Shown here: one piece after another, positions 47,693-57,206 of the stretch
Position numbering within the stretch: position 1 is the stretch's first letter
How the letters are laid out: every line of letters begins with the position of its first letter
Origin: a virus
DNA: 64,000 nucleotides
Reading direction: 5' to 3' (one strand)
Virus record (IMG/VR): IMGVR_UViG_3300016471_001132
Coordinates: 72,095 to 136,094 of that record
Notes under the pieces: model-generated
Databases searched by the model: none
The model's input: the letters and a program-made list of their open reading frames with translations, nothing else
What the model was told of the DNA's origin: nothing
Position numbers and translations under genes: made by a program

Positions 47693-47832
47693 GTTTTACT
47701 CCTTTGGCAGCGTTGGCTGCAGTATTTCACTTGAGGCCAGTCTCTCGACCACTTACGCCTCCAAGTGAATGGTCTCCCGCACGTTTCACATGTTTTGGTA
47801 GGGAGACTCTTTTTATTCCCTGGCCAGGTCAT
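47686..47832 (-). CDS. DUF2256-like zinc-finger protein
   Basis: [16 protein letters not shown]...VKYCSQRC. Confidence 0.85.
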   Translation of the reverse strand: MTWPGNKKSLPTKTCETCGRPFTWRRKWSRDWPQVKYCSQRCQRSKTC

Positions 47833-48461
47833 ACTCCTGCGGCCAACACTATTTTGCAGATATGTTCCAATCGCTCGATGTGTTCGAATGCACGCCAAGG
47901 CGACGTGTCTATGGCCACTACTCCGTGGCCTTTGATGCCGATGATGTCGGCAGCGGTGAATCCGTGTGAGTTTAACCCAAAACTCTCAAAGCTCCTGTCA
48001 GCTAACTCTTGGCTTATGGGAGGTACCTCTCCTACGTTGGGGCCTACTCGGGTATACCTACTGAGTTCAGGAAAATCGTGGGCCAGTTCGGCTAACTCAA
48101 TACCACGATGCATGGCAGCTACACAGTATGTGGGATGCAGGTGAACCACCACACGCACATCTTCAGCATGTTGTCCCATACGGCGTTGCAGTCCAAAGTG
48201 CAAAGGTATTTCGCCCGAGGGCCGAAGTTCTGCACTGATTGCGGTATAGCTCATCTCCTGCCATAAGGGTACAGGACCATCAATAATTTTTATCTTCTTG
48301 AACTGATCGGGTTGCAGAGTCTGTTTGCGTACCCCTGATGGTGTGATGTAGAAGTGATCGCGATCGTGATGACGGATCGAAACATTACCATCGCGGCTGG
48401 TGATCCAGTTTCGACGATAGCCTTCTATCAAGGTTTCACAAATGGTCTCAAGCACGGCCAA
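47829..48461 (-). CDS. Class II aldolase/adducin family protein
   Basis: [30 protein letters not shown]. Confidence 0.92.
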   Translation of the reverse strand: MAVLETICETLIEGYRRNWITSRDGNVSIRHHDRDHFYITPSGVRKQTLQPDQFKKIKIIDGPVPLWQEMSYTAISAELRPSGEIPLHFGLQRRMGQHAEDVRVVVHLHPTYCVAAMHRGIELAELAHDFPELSRYTRVGPNVGEVPPISQELADRSFESFGLNSHGFTAADIIGIKGHGVVAIDTSPWRAFEHIERLEHICKIVLAAGV

Positions 48462-49665
48462 TCTCCTCTGCTATGATCTCTGCGGTACCAGCGCCCAAGG
48501 TCCAGCCCAAGTGTCCATGGCCAGTGTTGAGCCAAACACCATCTCTGCGGCCTGGCTTGATAAGGGGCATCATGCTGGGTGTCATGGGACGGAGTCCTGC
48601 CCAGGGACGGCAATCTTCAGTGCTGACACCAGGAAGATTCCGTTCCGTCCAACGCAAGAGTGGATCAATCCTGTCTCGGCGTATGTCCAAGTTCCAGTCA
48701 TCCAGTTCTGCTGTGCCTGCTACTCGCAGTCTGTTGCCCAGGGTCGATGTCACAATCTTAGCAGCATCGTCTAACAGGCTTGTCACAGGTAAGCAAGAGG
48801 GATCCTGTACCTGTAGTGTGATAGAGTAGCCCTTGACTGGGTATACAGGGATGCTCTCACCAAACATCTTTCCAGTTTCCGCAGCACGGCTGCCGGCACA
48901 TATCACCACATCTGTGTACTCATACCAGTCAGTGATGTAATCACTTTGGATATGCACGCTCCACTTGTTGGGCAAGCGCCGGGCTTCTTTCACACTGGCA
49001 CGGTAGCGGAATCGGACTCCGCGGTCTCCTAACCAGCGTGCCAGATTGGCTGTGAACTTGTGTATGTCACCCATGCCATCTGTGGCAGTATAGGTTCCGC
49101 CGATGATGGTGGAGTCTTGTTTCAGTGCTGGTTCGGCATCAAACACACCATCTCGATCCAGGATCTCTCGATGCACACCGGCCATCTCGTACAAATAGCA
49201 GGATCGTTTGGCTGATTCAAAATAGTTGGCATCACGATAGATGTGCAGGATGCCAGTTTGGCTGTGATCAAACTTGATGCCAGTGGCCTTCATGATGTCA
49301 GCATATGCTTCGCGACTCCCTAGTCCCAGTTCGATGGTTTTAAGTGTGTTGGTTTCATATCGACCCATCACGGTGTTGGCCATGAATCCGGCTATCCATT
49401 TCAACTTGGGCAGGCTGGGATAAGGACGGAACAACAGTGGGGCATCTTTCTGCCACATCCATCGGAAACCTTTTTTGACATTCGCCCAAGTGGTCCAAAC
49501 TTCGCTGTTTGAAACACTAAGTTGTCCACCATTGGCATAACTGGTCATCATGCCAGCATAGCGTTCGGCTTCTATCACTGTGACATCATAGCCTCGCTTG
49601 TAGAGACTGTAGGCTGTGGTTACGCCGGTGATGCCGGCTCCAATTACTAGTATCTTTTTAGTCAT
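48448..49665 (-). CDS. dadA: D-amino acid dehydrogenase
   Basis: GAGITGVTTAY, TSYANGGQLS, PVKGYSIT, RVAGTAE, WAGLRPMTP, NTGHGHLGWT. Confidence 0.92.
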   Translation of the reverse strand: MTKKILVIGAGITGVTTAYSLYKRGYDVTVIEAERYAGMMTSYANGGQLSVSNSEVWTTWANVKKGFRWMWQKDAPLLFRPYPSLPKLKWIAGFMANTVMGRYETNTLKTIELGLGSREAYADIMKATGIKFDHSQTGILHIYRDANYFESAKRSCYLYEMAGVHREILDRDGVFDAEPALKQDSTIIGGTYTATDGMGDIHKFTANLARWLGDRGVRFRYRASVKEARRLPNKWSVHIQSDYITDWYEYTDVVICAGSRAAETGKMFGESIPVYPVKGYSITLQVQDPSCLPVTSLLDDAAKIVTSTLGNRLRVAGTAELDDWNLDIRRDRIDPLLRWTERNLPGVSTEDCRPWAGLRPMTPSMMPLIKPGRRDGVWLNTGHGHLGWTLGAGTAEIIAEEIGRA

Positions 49666-49834
49666 AATCAGATGATAGCATGACTGCGATCAACCCGCAA
49701 CCTATGGCTATTGCTCCAAGATTAGTATATATGGGATTGTAGTTTAAACATCTCATAGCCGTTTCCACGCAGAGATATTCGCCTGCCAGCAGCAGGATTC
49801 CAAACAATATGGTCAGGAACCCTGCGTACCTCAA
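49658..49834 (-). CDS. 58-aa two-TM protein (not in track)
   Basis: TTG start overlapping the aceA stop: [20 protein letters not shown]...[14 protein letters not shown]. Confidence 0.55.
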   Translation of the reverse strand: MRYAGFLTILFGILLLAGEYLCVETAMRCLNYNPIYTNLGAIAIGCGLIAVMLSSDYD

Positions 49835-51114
49835 TGGAACTGTTCTTCTTCGGTGCTACCTTTGAGAGCCTGTGTGGAGGCGTTGGCTTCGATGGTAGTT
49901 GTGACAGCATCAAAGTAGCCGGTACCAACTTCACGCTGGTGCTTGACTGCTTCAAAACCTCTGCTGGCGTCTGCGAATTCACGCTGTTGCAGATTCACGA
50001 ATGCTGTCATGCCTTCTCTGGCGTATCCGTGTGCGAGGTCGAACATGCCGTGATTGAGTTGATGGAAACCAGCTAGAGTGATGAACTGGAACCGGTAGCC
50101 CATGGCACCCAGTTCTCTTTGGAAGCGGGCGATTTCATCATCGTTGAGATTCTTCTTCCAGTTGAAGCTGGGGCTGCAATTGTAGGCCAGCATCTTGCCC
50201 GGGAACTGTTGATGGATGCCTTCGGCAAACTTGCGAGCAAACTCCATGTCAGGCACACCAGTCTCGCACCAGAGTAGGTCGGCATAGGGTGCGTAGGCCA
50301 AGCCACGTGCTAGGGCTTGGTCGAAGCCTTTGCGGGTGCGGTAGAATCCTTCAACAGTGCGTTCGCCTGTGAGGAAGGGTCGGTCGCGATCATCAATGTC
50401 TGATGTAACCAGGTCGGCTGCTTCTGCATCAGTTCTAGCAAGCAATACAGTAGGAACGCCAAGCACGTCAGCAGCAAGACGAGCAGCAGTGAGTTTGTTG
50501 ATGGCTTCTTGAGTTGGTACAAGTACTTTTCCTCCCATGTGTCCGCATTTTTTCACGGACGCTAATTGATCTTCGAAGTGTACGCCCGATGCGCCGGCTT
50601 CGATCATGGCCTTCATGAGTTCAAATGCATTGAGCACTCCACCAAATCCGGCTTCGGCATCGGCCACGATGGGCGCGAAGAAGTCGGTGTCACCGTGGCC
50701 TTCCATCCACTGGATCTGGTCCGCACGTGTGAAGGTGTTGTTGATTTTTTTCACCACTGCCGGCACCGAGTCCACGGGATACAGGCTTTGGTCGGGATAC
50801 ATCTCGCCGGCTGAATTGGCATCACCGGCCACTTGCCAACCGCTCATGTATATGGCCTTGAGTCCGGCCTTGACCTGTTGCAGAGCCTGCATGCCAGTCA
50901 TGGCACCCAATGTATTCACATAGTCTTCAGTCTGCAGCAGTTTCCACAGTTTCTCAGCCCCACGGCGAGCCAGGCTGTGTTCCACAGGATTGCTGCCTTG
51001 CAGTCTGACCACCTGGTCGGCTGTGTATTCTCGTTTGATGCCATTCCACCGGGGATTGGTGCTCCAGTCCTGCTGGATCTGATAGGCTTTCCAACTGCGG
51101 GTTTTTTCACTCAT
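49831..51114 (-). CDS. aceA: Isocitrate lyase
   Basis: [46 protein letters not shown]; start moved to MSEKT (SD GGAG). Confidence 0.98.
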   Translation of the reverse strand: MSEKTRSWKAYQIQQDWSTNPRWNGIKREYTADQVVRLQGSNPVEHSLARRGAEKLWKLLQTEDYVNTLGAMTGMQALQQVKAGLKAIYMSGWQVAGDANSAGEMYPDQSLYPVDSVPAVVKKINNTFTRADQIQWMEGHGDTDFFAPIVADAEAGFGGVLNAFELMKAMIEAGASGVHFEDQLASVKKCGHMGGKVLVPTQEAINKLTAARLAADVLGVPTVLLARTDAEAADLVTSDIDDRDRPFLTGERTVEGFYRTRKGFDQALARGLAYAPYADLLWCETGVPDMEFARKFAEGIHQQFPGKMLAYNCSPSFNWKKNLNDDEIARFQRELGAMGYRFQFITLAGFHQLNHGMFDLAHGYAREGMTAFVNLQQREFADASRGFEAVKHQREVGTGYFDAVTTTIEANASTQALKGSTEEEQFH

Positions 51115-51136
51115 CTTGCTCTCCATGTTTGTCAGG

Positions 51137-51156
51137 TATTTATTGCGATGCAATAA
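51137..51156 (-). promoter_or_regulatory. Inverted repeat TTATTGC-N3-GCAATAA overlapping late promoter TAAATA
   Basis: Plus strand 51140-51156 TTATTGC GAT GCAATAA; TAAATA at 51137-51142. Confidence 0.6.
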
Positions 51157-51217
51157 TCACAAAATCTATCATTATTTACAGCCAGATTAAATACACCTAC
51201 ATTTTAAGGAGATCCAG

Positions 51218-51487
51218 ATGGAACTGTATATCGCTATTGCTGTTGTCTTAGTCGTTGGTGGCTATTTTATCTATAAGCGTGCTGACAAAAATAAAGACGG
51301 CAAGGTCGACGCTGTAGAAGCCAAGGCTGCTGTAGAAGAAGTCAAAGTAGTGGTTCAGGAAGCCAAGACACAGGTCAAGAAAGCCGCTGTCAAAGCCAAG
51401 GCCAACATGGGCGCCAAGACTCGCGCCGCTGTCAACAAAGCCACTACCAAAAAGCCGACTGCTAAGAAACCTGCCGCTAAGAAGTAA
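51218..51487 (+). CDS. Membrane-anchored protein with EF-hand-like loop and Lys/Ala tail
   Basis: N-terminal TM segment, DKNKDGKVD, KKPAAKK; TAAATA and AAGGAG. Confidence 0.75.
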   Translation: MELYIAIAVVLVVGGYFIYKRADKNKDGKVDAVEAKAAVEEVKVVVQEAKTQVKKAAVKAKANMGAKTRAAVNKATTKKPTAKKPAAKK

Positions 51488-51773
51488 GCAATCTAGCGAA
51501 GCCAACTGTGTCAATGGCAGTCAATGCCATGTAGTTGGCCAGCATGCCAAAACTGCCTCGGGTCCAAGCGGCCCAGGCATAGATGGCACTACCTGTGATA
51601 GTCATGCTTAAGAACAGGAAAAAAGGTACATCGGGCACAGTCAATGCAAAAAGTACCGCTGCGCCGATACTGAGTGCCCAAGCCACTACCTCCAACCAAA
51701 ATCTCAACTGCCAGCTTTGATAGTCACGCTGGATGAACTGCCATGTGGCCTGTATGTTGTCTCGGGTGATCAT
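51477..51773 (-). CDS. Small multi-pass membrane protein
   Basis: Three hydrophobic segments. Confidence 0.75.
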   Translation of the reverse strand: MITRDNIQATWQFIQRDYQSWQLRFWLEVVAWALSIGAAVLFALTVPDVPFFLFLSMTITGSAIYAWAAWTRGSFGMLANYMALTAIDTVGFARLLTS

Positions 51774-52792
51774 AGCACATGCTGTGCTGCGAAAGCATGG
51801 CTGGCCAAGTTCTTGCCTTTGCTTTCACACTGGATGTCCCAGTCTGTACTGAATCCAGCTGCCCAGTCGTTTACTGCAGAATTCCAGTAGAAGTCCGAAT
51901 GAGCCCGTAGTTGCTGTTTACGATAGCCGCGTCTAAGTAGGTCTGCAAGATCTGGACGATCTCCGGTAGGATGATCCACAAGAATATCTTCGCGGCTAAC
52001 ACTAAAATGGCAAGTAGGACGCACACCACGCCAAGACTCAATAACCCGCTGCGCACGATGGTCCGTCGGGTCAATATATTCTCCGGTGTTGATCCAGTGG
52101 TGATGTATGTCCAACACAAGAGCCACGTGATCAGCCACAGCAAGAGTAACATCCAAACCATTTGATATCTCGTCGTTTTCTATAGAAATTAGGTTGCGTG
52201 CTTCAGGAGATAATCTTCCAAGGGTATTTATAAACTTGGAAGGCCCACCTTTGCCAGAAAGATGGACATTGATCTTGAATCCGTGATCATGCCAAGATGC
52301 ACCATATCCCATCCACCGTGCCATGTCAGCATGATACTCAAATTCCAATATCGACCGTTCGACAATTTCATCACTGGCGCTGGCCAGCACACAGAACTGC
52401 CCAGGGTGGAAGCTCAATCGCACATCTAATTCTCTAGCACGCTGACCGATGGGTGCGAAAATCGTCTCCAAGTGCCGTTGCACATCGGCTTGTTGCCACC
52501 AGTCGATCCAGTTGGGTTCGGTATAGCCTTGGAGCATTTCACTGCCCAGGCGCACCATGCGTAGTTCGGGACGCAGGCTGCCCACACGCTCGACCATGCG
52601 CAAGGCAGCGGCAGCATTGTGGTTCATGATGTCCCACTGACGCTGTTCGGCTTCTTCGGGATGTTCTCTCAGCCAGCGCATGGTGGTGCTACGGCCGTTG
52701 AGATCACGGCTTTCAGCAGTGGGCTTGCGCCCAGCGCACTCGTTAGGATGGTCAATCCATTTGCAGCAAAAACCAATGCGGGGTGTAGTCAT
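51770..52792 (-). CDS. uvsE: UV-damage endonuclease
   Basis: RLSFHPGQF, INVH, IEND, VLDIHHH, HSD, ESKGKNLA. Confidence 0.92.
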   Translation of the reverse strand: MTTPRIGFCCKWIDHPNECAGRKPTAESRDLNGRSTTMRWLREHPEEAEQRQWDIMNHNAAAALRMVERVGSLRPELRMVRLGSEMLQGYTEPNWIDWWQQADVQRHLETIFAPIGQRARELDVRLSFHPGQFCVLASASDEIVERSILEFEYHADMARWMGYGASWHDHGFKINVHLSGKGGPSKFINTLGRLSPEARNLISIENDEISNGLDVTLAVADHVALVLDIHHHWINTGEYIDPTDHRAQRVIESWRGVRPTCHFSVSREDILVDHPTGDRPDLADLLRRGYRKQQLRAHSDFYWNSAVNDWAAGFSTDWDIQCESKGKNLASHAFAAQHVL

Positions 52793-53343
52793 GACAACAA
52801 TTGTATGACATTACTGAATTGATCGCAAGTGAGATTGGGAAGATTTTGGAAACCTTTGTCGAGTTCCCCAGGGTGATCGACCAAGACCCATTGTACATCG
52901 GGATATTTTTGGGTCACGCTCCGGATCATACCAAGTCGATTTTGGATTTTATGCTGCTCAAATCGGTCATTGGTTGGCACGGGTTTGCGGAGATCGAATC
53001 CGGCCAGCAACACTATATCCGAAATACCAGCTACCAAATGCAGAGATATGATGTCTTCGATGTCGTCGACTTGTTCGGCAAATTGGCCATCGTATAGTTT
53101 GAGGCCCACAGGCCGGCCTAGGCCTTCATAGTAACGACGGGGAACATGGAAGTTGCAAACAGCCTGGAATGCTCTTTTGAGCAACTCCTTGGCTTTGGAA
53201 AGATCATCACAGACCACATTATCAGTTTCACAAGATCTCCAGGATCTCCAACTGCCCCAAGTGGCGCCTATGTTTTTGATCTGCGAAATATCAACTGCAG
53301 CATCCAGTCGATGACTGGCAGAGAATACCCAATTGATCCTCAT
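52789..53343 (-). CDS. Hypothetical protein
   Basis: Start moved to MRINW (ATGA). Confidence 0.7.
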   Translation of the reverse strand: MRINWVFSASHRLDAAVDISQIKNIGATWGSWRSWRSCETDNVVCDDLSKAKELLKRAFQAVCNFHVPRRYYEGLGRPVGLKLYDGQFAEQVDDIEDIISLHLVAGISDIVLLAGFDLRKPVPTNDRFEQHKIQNRLGMIRSVTQKYPDVQWVLVDHPGELDKGFQNLPNLTCDQFSNVIQLLS

Positions 53344-54584
53344 GACGCGCCCTTTATGGTCTGCCAATTGAATGCGCCAAGGCATTGCCATGCAAATGGA
53401 GCGCCGGGTGCAGGAGCACTGTTGAACACGATGTCTCCACGCTGGCCTCGATATCCTGGGACCTGCGCGGCAAACCCCACACGCAGATCTCCTATCTTCA
53501 ATTGATTGATAGCAGTGACTCCGTCGACATCCATGGTGATCTGCGGTTGTTCGGCTGTGCCCAGGACCAGAGGTTTAGTGCTGCTACCGATCCAAGCGAC
53601 TCCATCCTTTGGTCCAATGACCACTGGTGCAGCATCACCGCCGACTGAAATGGCAGTGGCCACTGATAATTCTTTTAATGTGCCCACGGTCTGCAAATTA
53701 CTGTGTTGTATCGCAGGGTTCAAGCCGCCATCTGTTACCAGCGGCTGATCATTGATCAAGACTTGATTTAGATTTATGCCGCGAGATTTGATCTGGTTCG
53801 CGATGTCATTGACTAGATTTTGCCGCCATTCCTCAGTGAGATTATCCAAGGCCATATCGGCAGCGCGAGCACTAATCTGATTCCAGGCCGGCTCGGTTAC
53901 CTTTATGCCACCTGTGATATCGAGATCTCCAACAGTGAGGTTGCCTTGTATCACAGCATCGTTGACGATAGATACACGGCTGGCAGCTAATTCACCTTCA
54001 ACGACCACTGTGCCATCCATGACTGTGAGTTCAGTTTGTTGTGCCTGATCGTCGATTCCATTGGTCCGGATGCCAGGATTGCGTTCCAACCAACGATCTA
54101 GCGCCCCATCAAAGGCGTCTGCGACGGTTTGTTCTATGCGAATCTCAGAGATATACTTGTTGACCTTGACATGCATCTGTTGATTGACCATGGTTTCTAC
54201 TCGGGTCAACCACACAGGATCTAGACTGAGATTGGCAATCACATCTGTGACTGCTATTTGGACTCCTGAATCCACTGATTGTTGGAATTTTTTTGAATCC
54301 ACGTATCGCGATATATCAGGCACGAATCCATGTTCAAACAGAGATCGTATACCACTGTGTACGGCTTGACTCAATTCTGGGTCTTCGTTGAGTCGCGCAA
54401 ATCGCGCCTCGATCTTGTTGGCCAACACATCAACTGCACGCTTTTCCATGCGATCGACCCAAGTAGGGTCAGCCAGCAACAAAGAAATCTGAGCTTTGAC
54501 TGCTTCTGTGATCTGCTGTTGCACCAAGGCTGCGATGGCATTTTGATCGATCAAGGTTCTCTCCAGGTATCTAGAGTCACGCAA
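53340..54584 (-). CDS. Hypothetical protein (414 aa), helical N-half and beta C-half
   Basis: C-terminal GDIVFNSAPAPGAPFAWQC. Confidence 0.75.
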   Translation of the reverse strand: MRDSRYLERTLIDQNAIAALVQQQITEAVKAQISLLLADPTWVDRMEKRAVDVLANKIEARFARLNEDPELSQAVHSGIRSLFEHGFVPDISRYVDSKKFQQSVDSGVQIAVTDVIANLSLDPVWLTRVETMVNQQMHVKVNKYISEIRIEQTVADAFDGALDRWLERNPGIRTNGIDDQAQQTELTVMDGTVVVEGELAASRVSIVNDAVIQGNLTVGDLDITGGIKVTEPAWNQISARAADMALDNLTEEWRQNLVNDIANQIKSRGINLNQVLINDQPLVTDGGLNPAIQHSNLQTVGTLKELSVATAISVGGDAAPVVIGPKDGVAWIGSSTKPLVLGTAEQPQITMDVDGVTAINQLKIGDLRVGFAAQVPGYRGQRGDIVFNSAPAPGAPFAWQCLGAFNWQTIKGAS

Positions 54585-55468
54585 TGGAAACCGCCCCCCA
54601 AAGTCCGACTGTGACGCAGTCTATGCGGGATCACAGTGAACCCGCGACTCTCTAGTGTAGTAATTAGCGCGATCTGATCAGCATCAACTATTACTGTGTT
54701 GGGATCGATGCTGAGCACATTCATGGCTATCCATTTGGAAGCATAGGGATATTGATAAAATGCCTGTGAGACCACATCGTTGACCCAGATCTTATCCCAG
54801 CCATCGAATACCCGAGGACAGTTGCCCGGAGTCACACGGCTGGCATTCAACATGACCACGCCTTCTCTCAAAGGTACCACTGTGCTGTCTATGTGTACCC
54901 CTGCATAGAAGTTACATAGTTCTATCTTCTGCTTTGGAAATTGCTCGCACAACCACTGATAAGCGGCATGATTGCCGGATGCGCTTTCTAGGAACAACCA
55001 AGTATCGCCTAATCTACACACATTGGCTGCATCCAGCGTCATGCCTTCGTTCCTGGGCATGTGCAGATACTCTCTGGCATTGTCTACCACCGGATGGAGG
55101 CAATCCAATTCCATGGTGCGACATGGATACATCATGGCAGGATCTACCACGATGTCGCCGGCTATCAACAATCTGTCTCGGGGGCAATAGTTGTACATAC
55201 CACCAAGATCCTGGAAATCCAAGTCCAGTGGTCTATGCACTTGAACTCCAGCAGATTCTAATATTTGCACCAGTCCTTGTAGATCTTCGTTGCTTTGGTC
55301 GATTATCCATTGTGGAACTGGACCCGACGGTACTGGAGTTTCTTTCCAGGTGGTCTTGAGGCTTTCTTGAGCGAATACCAGATCGTTGGTTGGCCAATTG
55401 GCATGACTGGCAGAGCCCACTACGATTTCTTTCAGAGTATCCCATTCATTATACGAGTGGATTTTCAT
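54551..55468 (-). CDS. Amidinotransferase (glycine / inosamine-phosphate amidinotransferase family)
   Basis: SYNEWDTLKEIVVG, YCPRD, DAANV, HIDST, LGGGFHCVTLD. Confidence 0.92.
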   Translation of the reverse strand: MKIHSYNEWDTLKEIVVGSASHANWPTNDLVFAQESLKTTWKETPVPSGPVPQWIIDQSNEDLQGLVQILESAGVQVHRPLDLDFQDLGGMYNYCPRDRLLIAGDIVVDPAMMYPCRTMELDCLHPVVDNAREYLHMPRNEGMTLDAANVCRLGDTWLFLESASGNHAAYQWLCEQFPKQKIELCNFYAGVHIDSTVVPLREGVVMLNASRVTPGNCPRVFDGWDKIWVNDVVSQAFYQYPYASKWIAMNVLSIDPNTVIVDADQIALITTLESRGFTVIPHRLRHSRTLGGGFHCVTLDTWREP

Positions 55469-56006
55469 CGGGGATGCCTGTTATTTGTAGAGTATATCGA
55501 TCAGTCTTTCCAACATTGGCCGCCAGATGAGGAGTGGAGCCTTGCCAGATCACGCAATCTCCGGCTTGCCACTTGATAACGGGCGATCTATCGATCTCAA
55601 AATAGTGCCCGCTTTGCCAATCCTCGAGGAATACCACTGCACGATAGATGGACTCTATGTCAGTGACCTGATGGAGTTCTGCGAATTTAGAATAGGTGTC
55701 ACGATGTTCTGGCAAGACTCTGCCCGGAGCCATGCGATAAACAGACCAGGAAAAATGCCGCCAAGGAAAATGATCACGGAACGGTTCGATCCATGGCGGT
55801 CGAGTGTTTCTCATATCGTACATGTCGCCGGTGAACTTGGTTTGTGTGTAACCCAAATCTCGCCATTCTTTCAGCGCCAGTTCATCATTGAACGGTTCAT
55901 TGACATAGGGAAGATCTCGGTGGGTGGACCACCACGGCTCGACCCGGGCGTGTTTCCAAGATTTATCCTTTGCGTGTGTTGCCATAATGTATGACAATGA
56001 TGCCAT
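55449..56006 (-). CDS. 2OG-Fe(II) oxygenase / cupin-like hydroxylase (start uncertain)
   Basis: LPEHRD (HxD), WQSGHYF, PHLAAN, RYTLQITG. Confidence 0.75.
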   Translation of the reverse strand: MASLSYIMATHAKDKSWKHARVEPWWSTHRDLPYVNEPFNDELALKEWRDLGYTQTKFTGDMYDMRNTRPPWIEPFRDHFPWRHFSWSVYRMAPGRVLPEHRDTYSKFAELHQVTDIESIYRAVVFLEDWQSGHYFEIDRSPVIKWQAGDCVIWQGSTPHLAANVGKTDRYTLQITGIPDENPLV

Positions 56007-57204
56007 CTCTTTCTTGTTCTTTTCTCCAGGGATCTACTATTACGGATCCAGATGCAAACTGGAAATAATCTTTGTCCTGGGTCACTGTGCCGGTATAACT
56101 GTAGGTGATGGCTCGGTTGTGCGCCATCAAAATCACAGCAGGGTAATCCACAGACTCTACTACATCTTGGGTATCATCGGCCATGGGATCAACATAGGTC
56201 AGACTGTGGCCCAGTTGTTTTATGTAATGACCGATCAAAGTCGAGTAGGATCCGATACAGTAGGGCACATCGGGTTTATAGGCTTTGCCATGTATAACTA
56301 TGGGCAGGTCACCATGATCTGCACTGACATCTACCAGGAACTGGGCCAGATTTCGAGCCTGTGCTTCACGAGCAAGCATGATAGTATCAAACAAGTCATA
56401 ACCAATGTCGTATTCTTGAGCCAACCAACGGAGTGCGATGTTGTCTCGCGGATGGCAAGCACCGGCGTCGCCCATGCCTGCGGTCATGTACTTGGGACCC
56501 ATGATACGCATGGTGCTCTGAGCTAGGGCATCAGTGACTATGTCTACATCAATGTTGCCAATTTTCATGGCAAAGTCCTGGATCATATTGACCATGCCCA
56601 CCTTGGCCGAAATGAATGTGTTGTAGAAAATCTTGATGGCTTCACATTCTTCCCAGGTGCCCACGATGTATCTGGGATCGTTTTGCATCACAGGACGATA
56701 AAGATTGATGAGGTCAGCGGCCAGCGCGGTGCGGTCACCGTCTCGAGTACCAATCATGACCATTTCAGGATTGACCATGTCCCATTTCACTGATCCCATG
56801 GCGATGAGATAAGGGTTGTATAAGAATTGATGACGGGCATCAAGTCGATCAATTAAATATCGTCTGGTAGTTCCTGGTAACACCGTGGAAATCAGCACTA
56901 CCTTTTTACCACTATCAGCGTATTGATTGATTTTATCCAGGGCATCAATCACAGCATCATGTCCAAAGTCTCGTGGCTGCATATGACTGGATGGGACTGA
57001 TCCATCGTAACCTTCGGCGTGTGGGGTAGGCACAGCGATGAAAATCCATTCGCTGTTTTTGATAGTGGTTTCTGCTGAACAAACTTGTACGCTGTCGCTG
57101 ACACGAGGGTAAATATCATATCCAAATACTTGGTAATGCTGAGCAAATACCTCAGCGCAGTCCAGACCCAGCTTTCCCAACCCTATAAATCCTATAGACG
57201 ACAC
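55963..57204 (-). CDS. ugd: UDP-glucose/GDP-mannose dehydrogenase family protein
   Basis: GFIGLGKLG, FIAVPTP, YNP, KIFYN, GACHPRD, AYKP. Confidence 0.9.
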   Translation of the reverse strand: MSSIGFIGLGKLGLDCAEVFAQHYQVFGYDIYPRVSDSVQVCSAETTIKNSEWIFIAVPTPHAEGYDGSVPSSHMQPRDFGHDAVIDALDKINQYADSGKKVVLISTVLPGTTRRYLIDRLDARHQFLYNPYLIAMGSVKWDMVNPEMVMIGTRDGDRTALAADLINLYRPVMQNDPRYIVGTWEECEAIKIFYNTFISAKVGMVNMIQDFAMKIGNIDVDIVTDALAQSTMRIMGPKYMTAGMGDAGACHPRDNIALRWLAQEYDIGYDLFDTIMLAREAQARNLAQFLVDVSADHGDLPIVIHGKAYKPDVPYCIGSYSTLIGHYIKQLGHSLTYVDPMADDTQDVVESVDYPAVILMAHNRAITYSYTGTVTQDKDYFQFASGSVIVDPWRKEQERDGIIVIHYGNTRKG

Positions 57205-57206
57205 AG

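Noticed and set aside
49666-49830. Glycine-riboswitch-like leader upstream of dadA
   Set aside because: No aptamer consensus; the gap is filled by a 58-aa two-TM ORF overlapping both neighbours.
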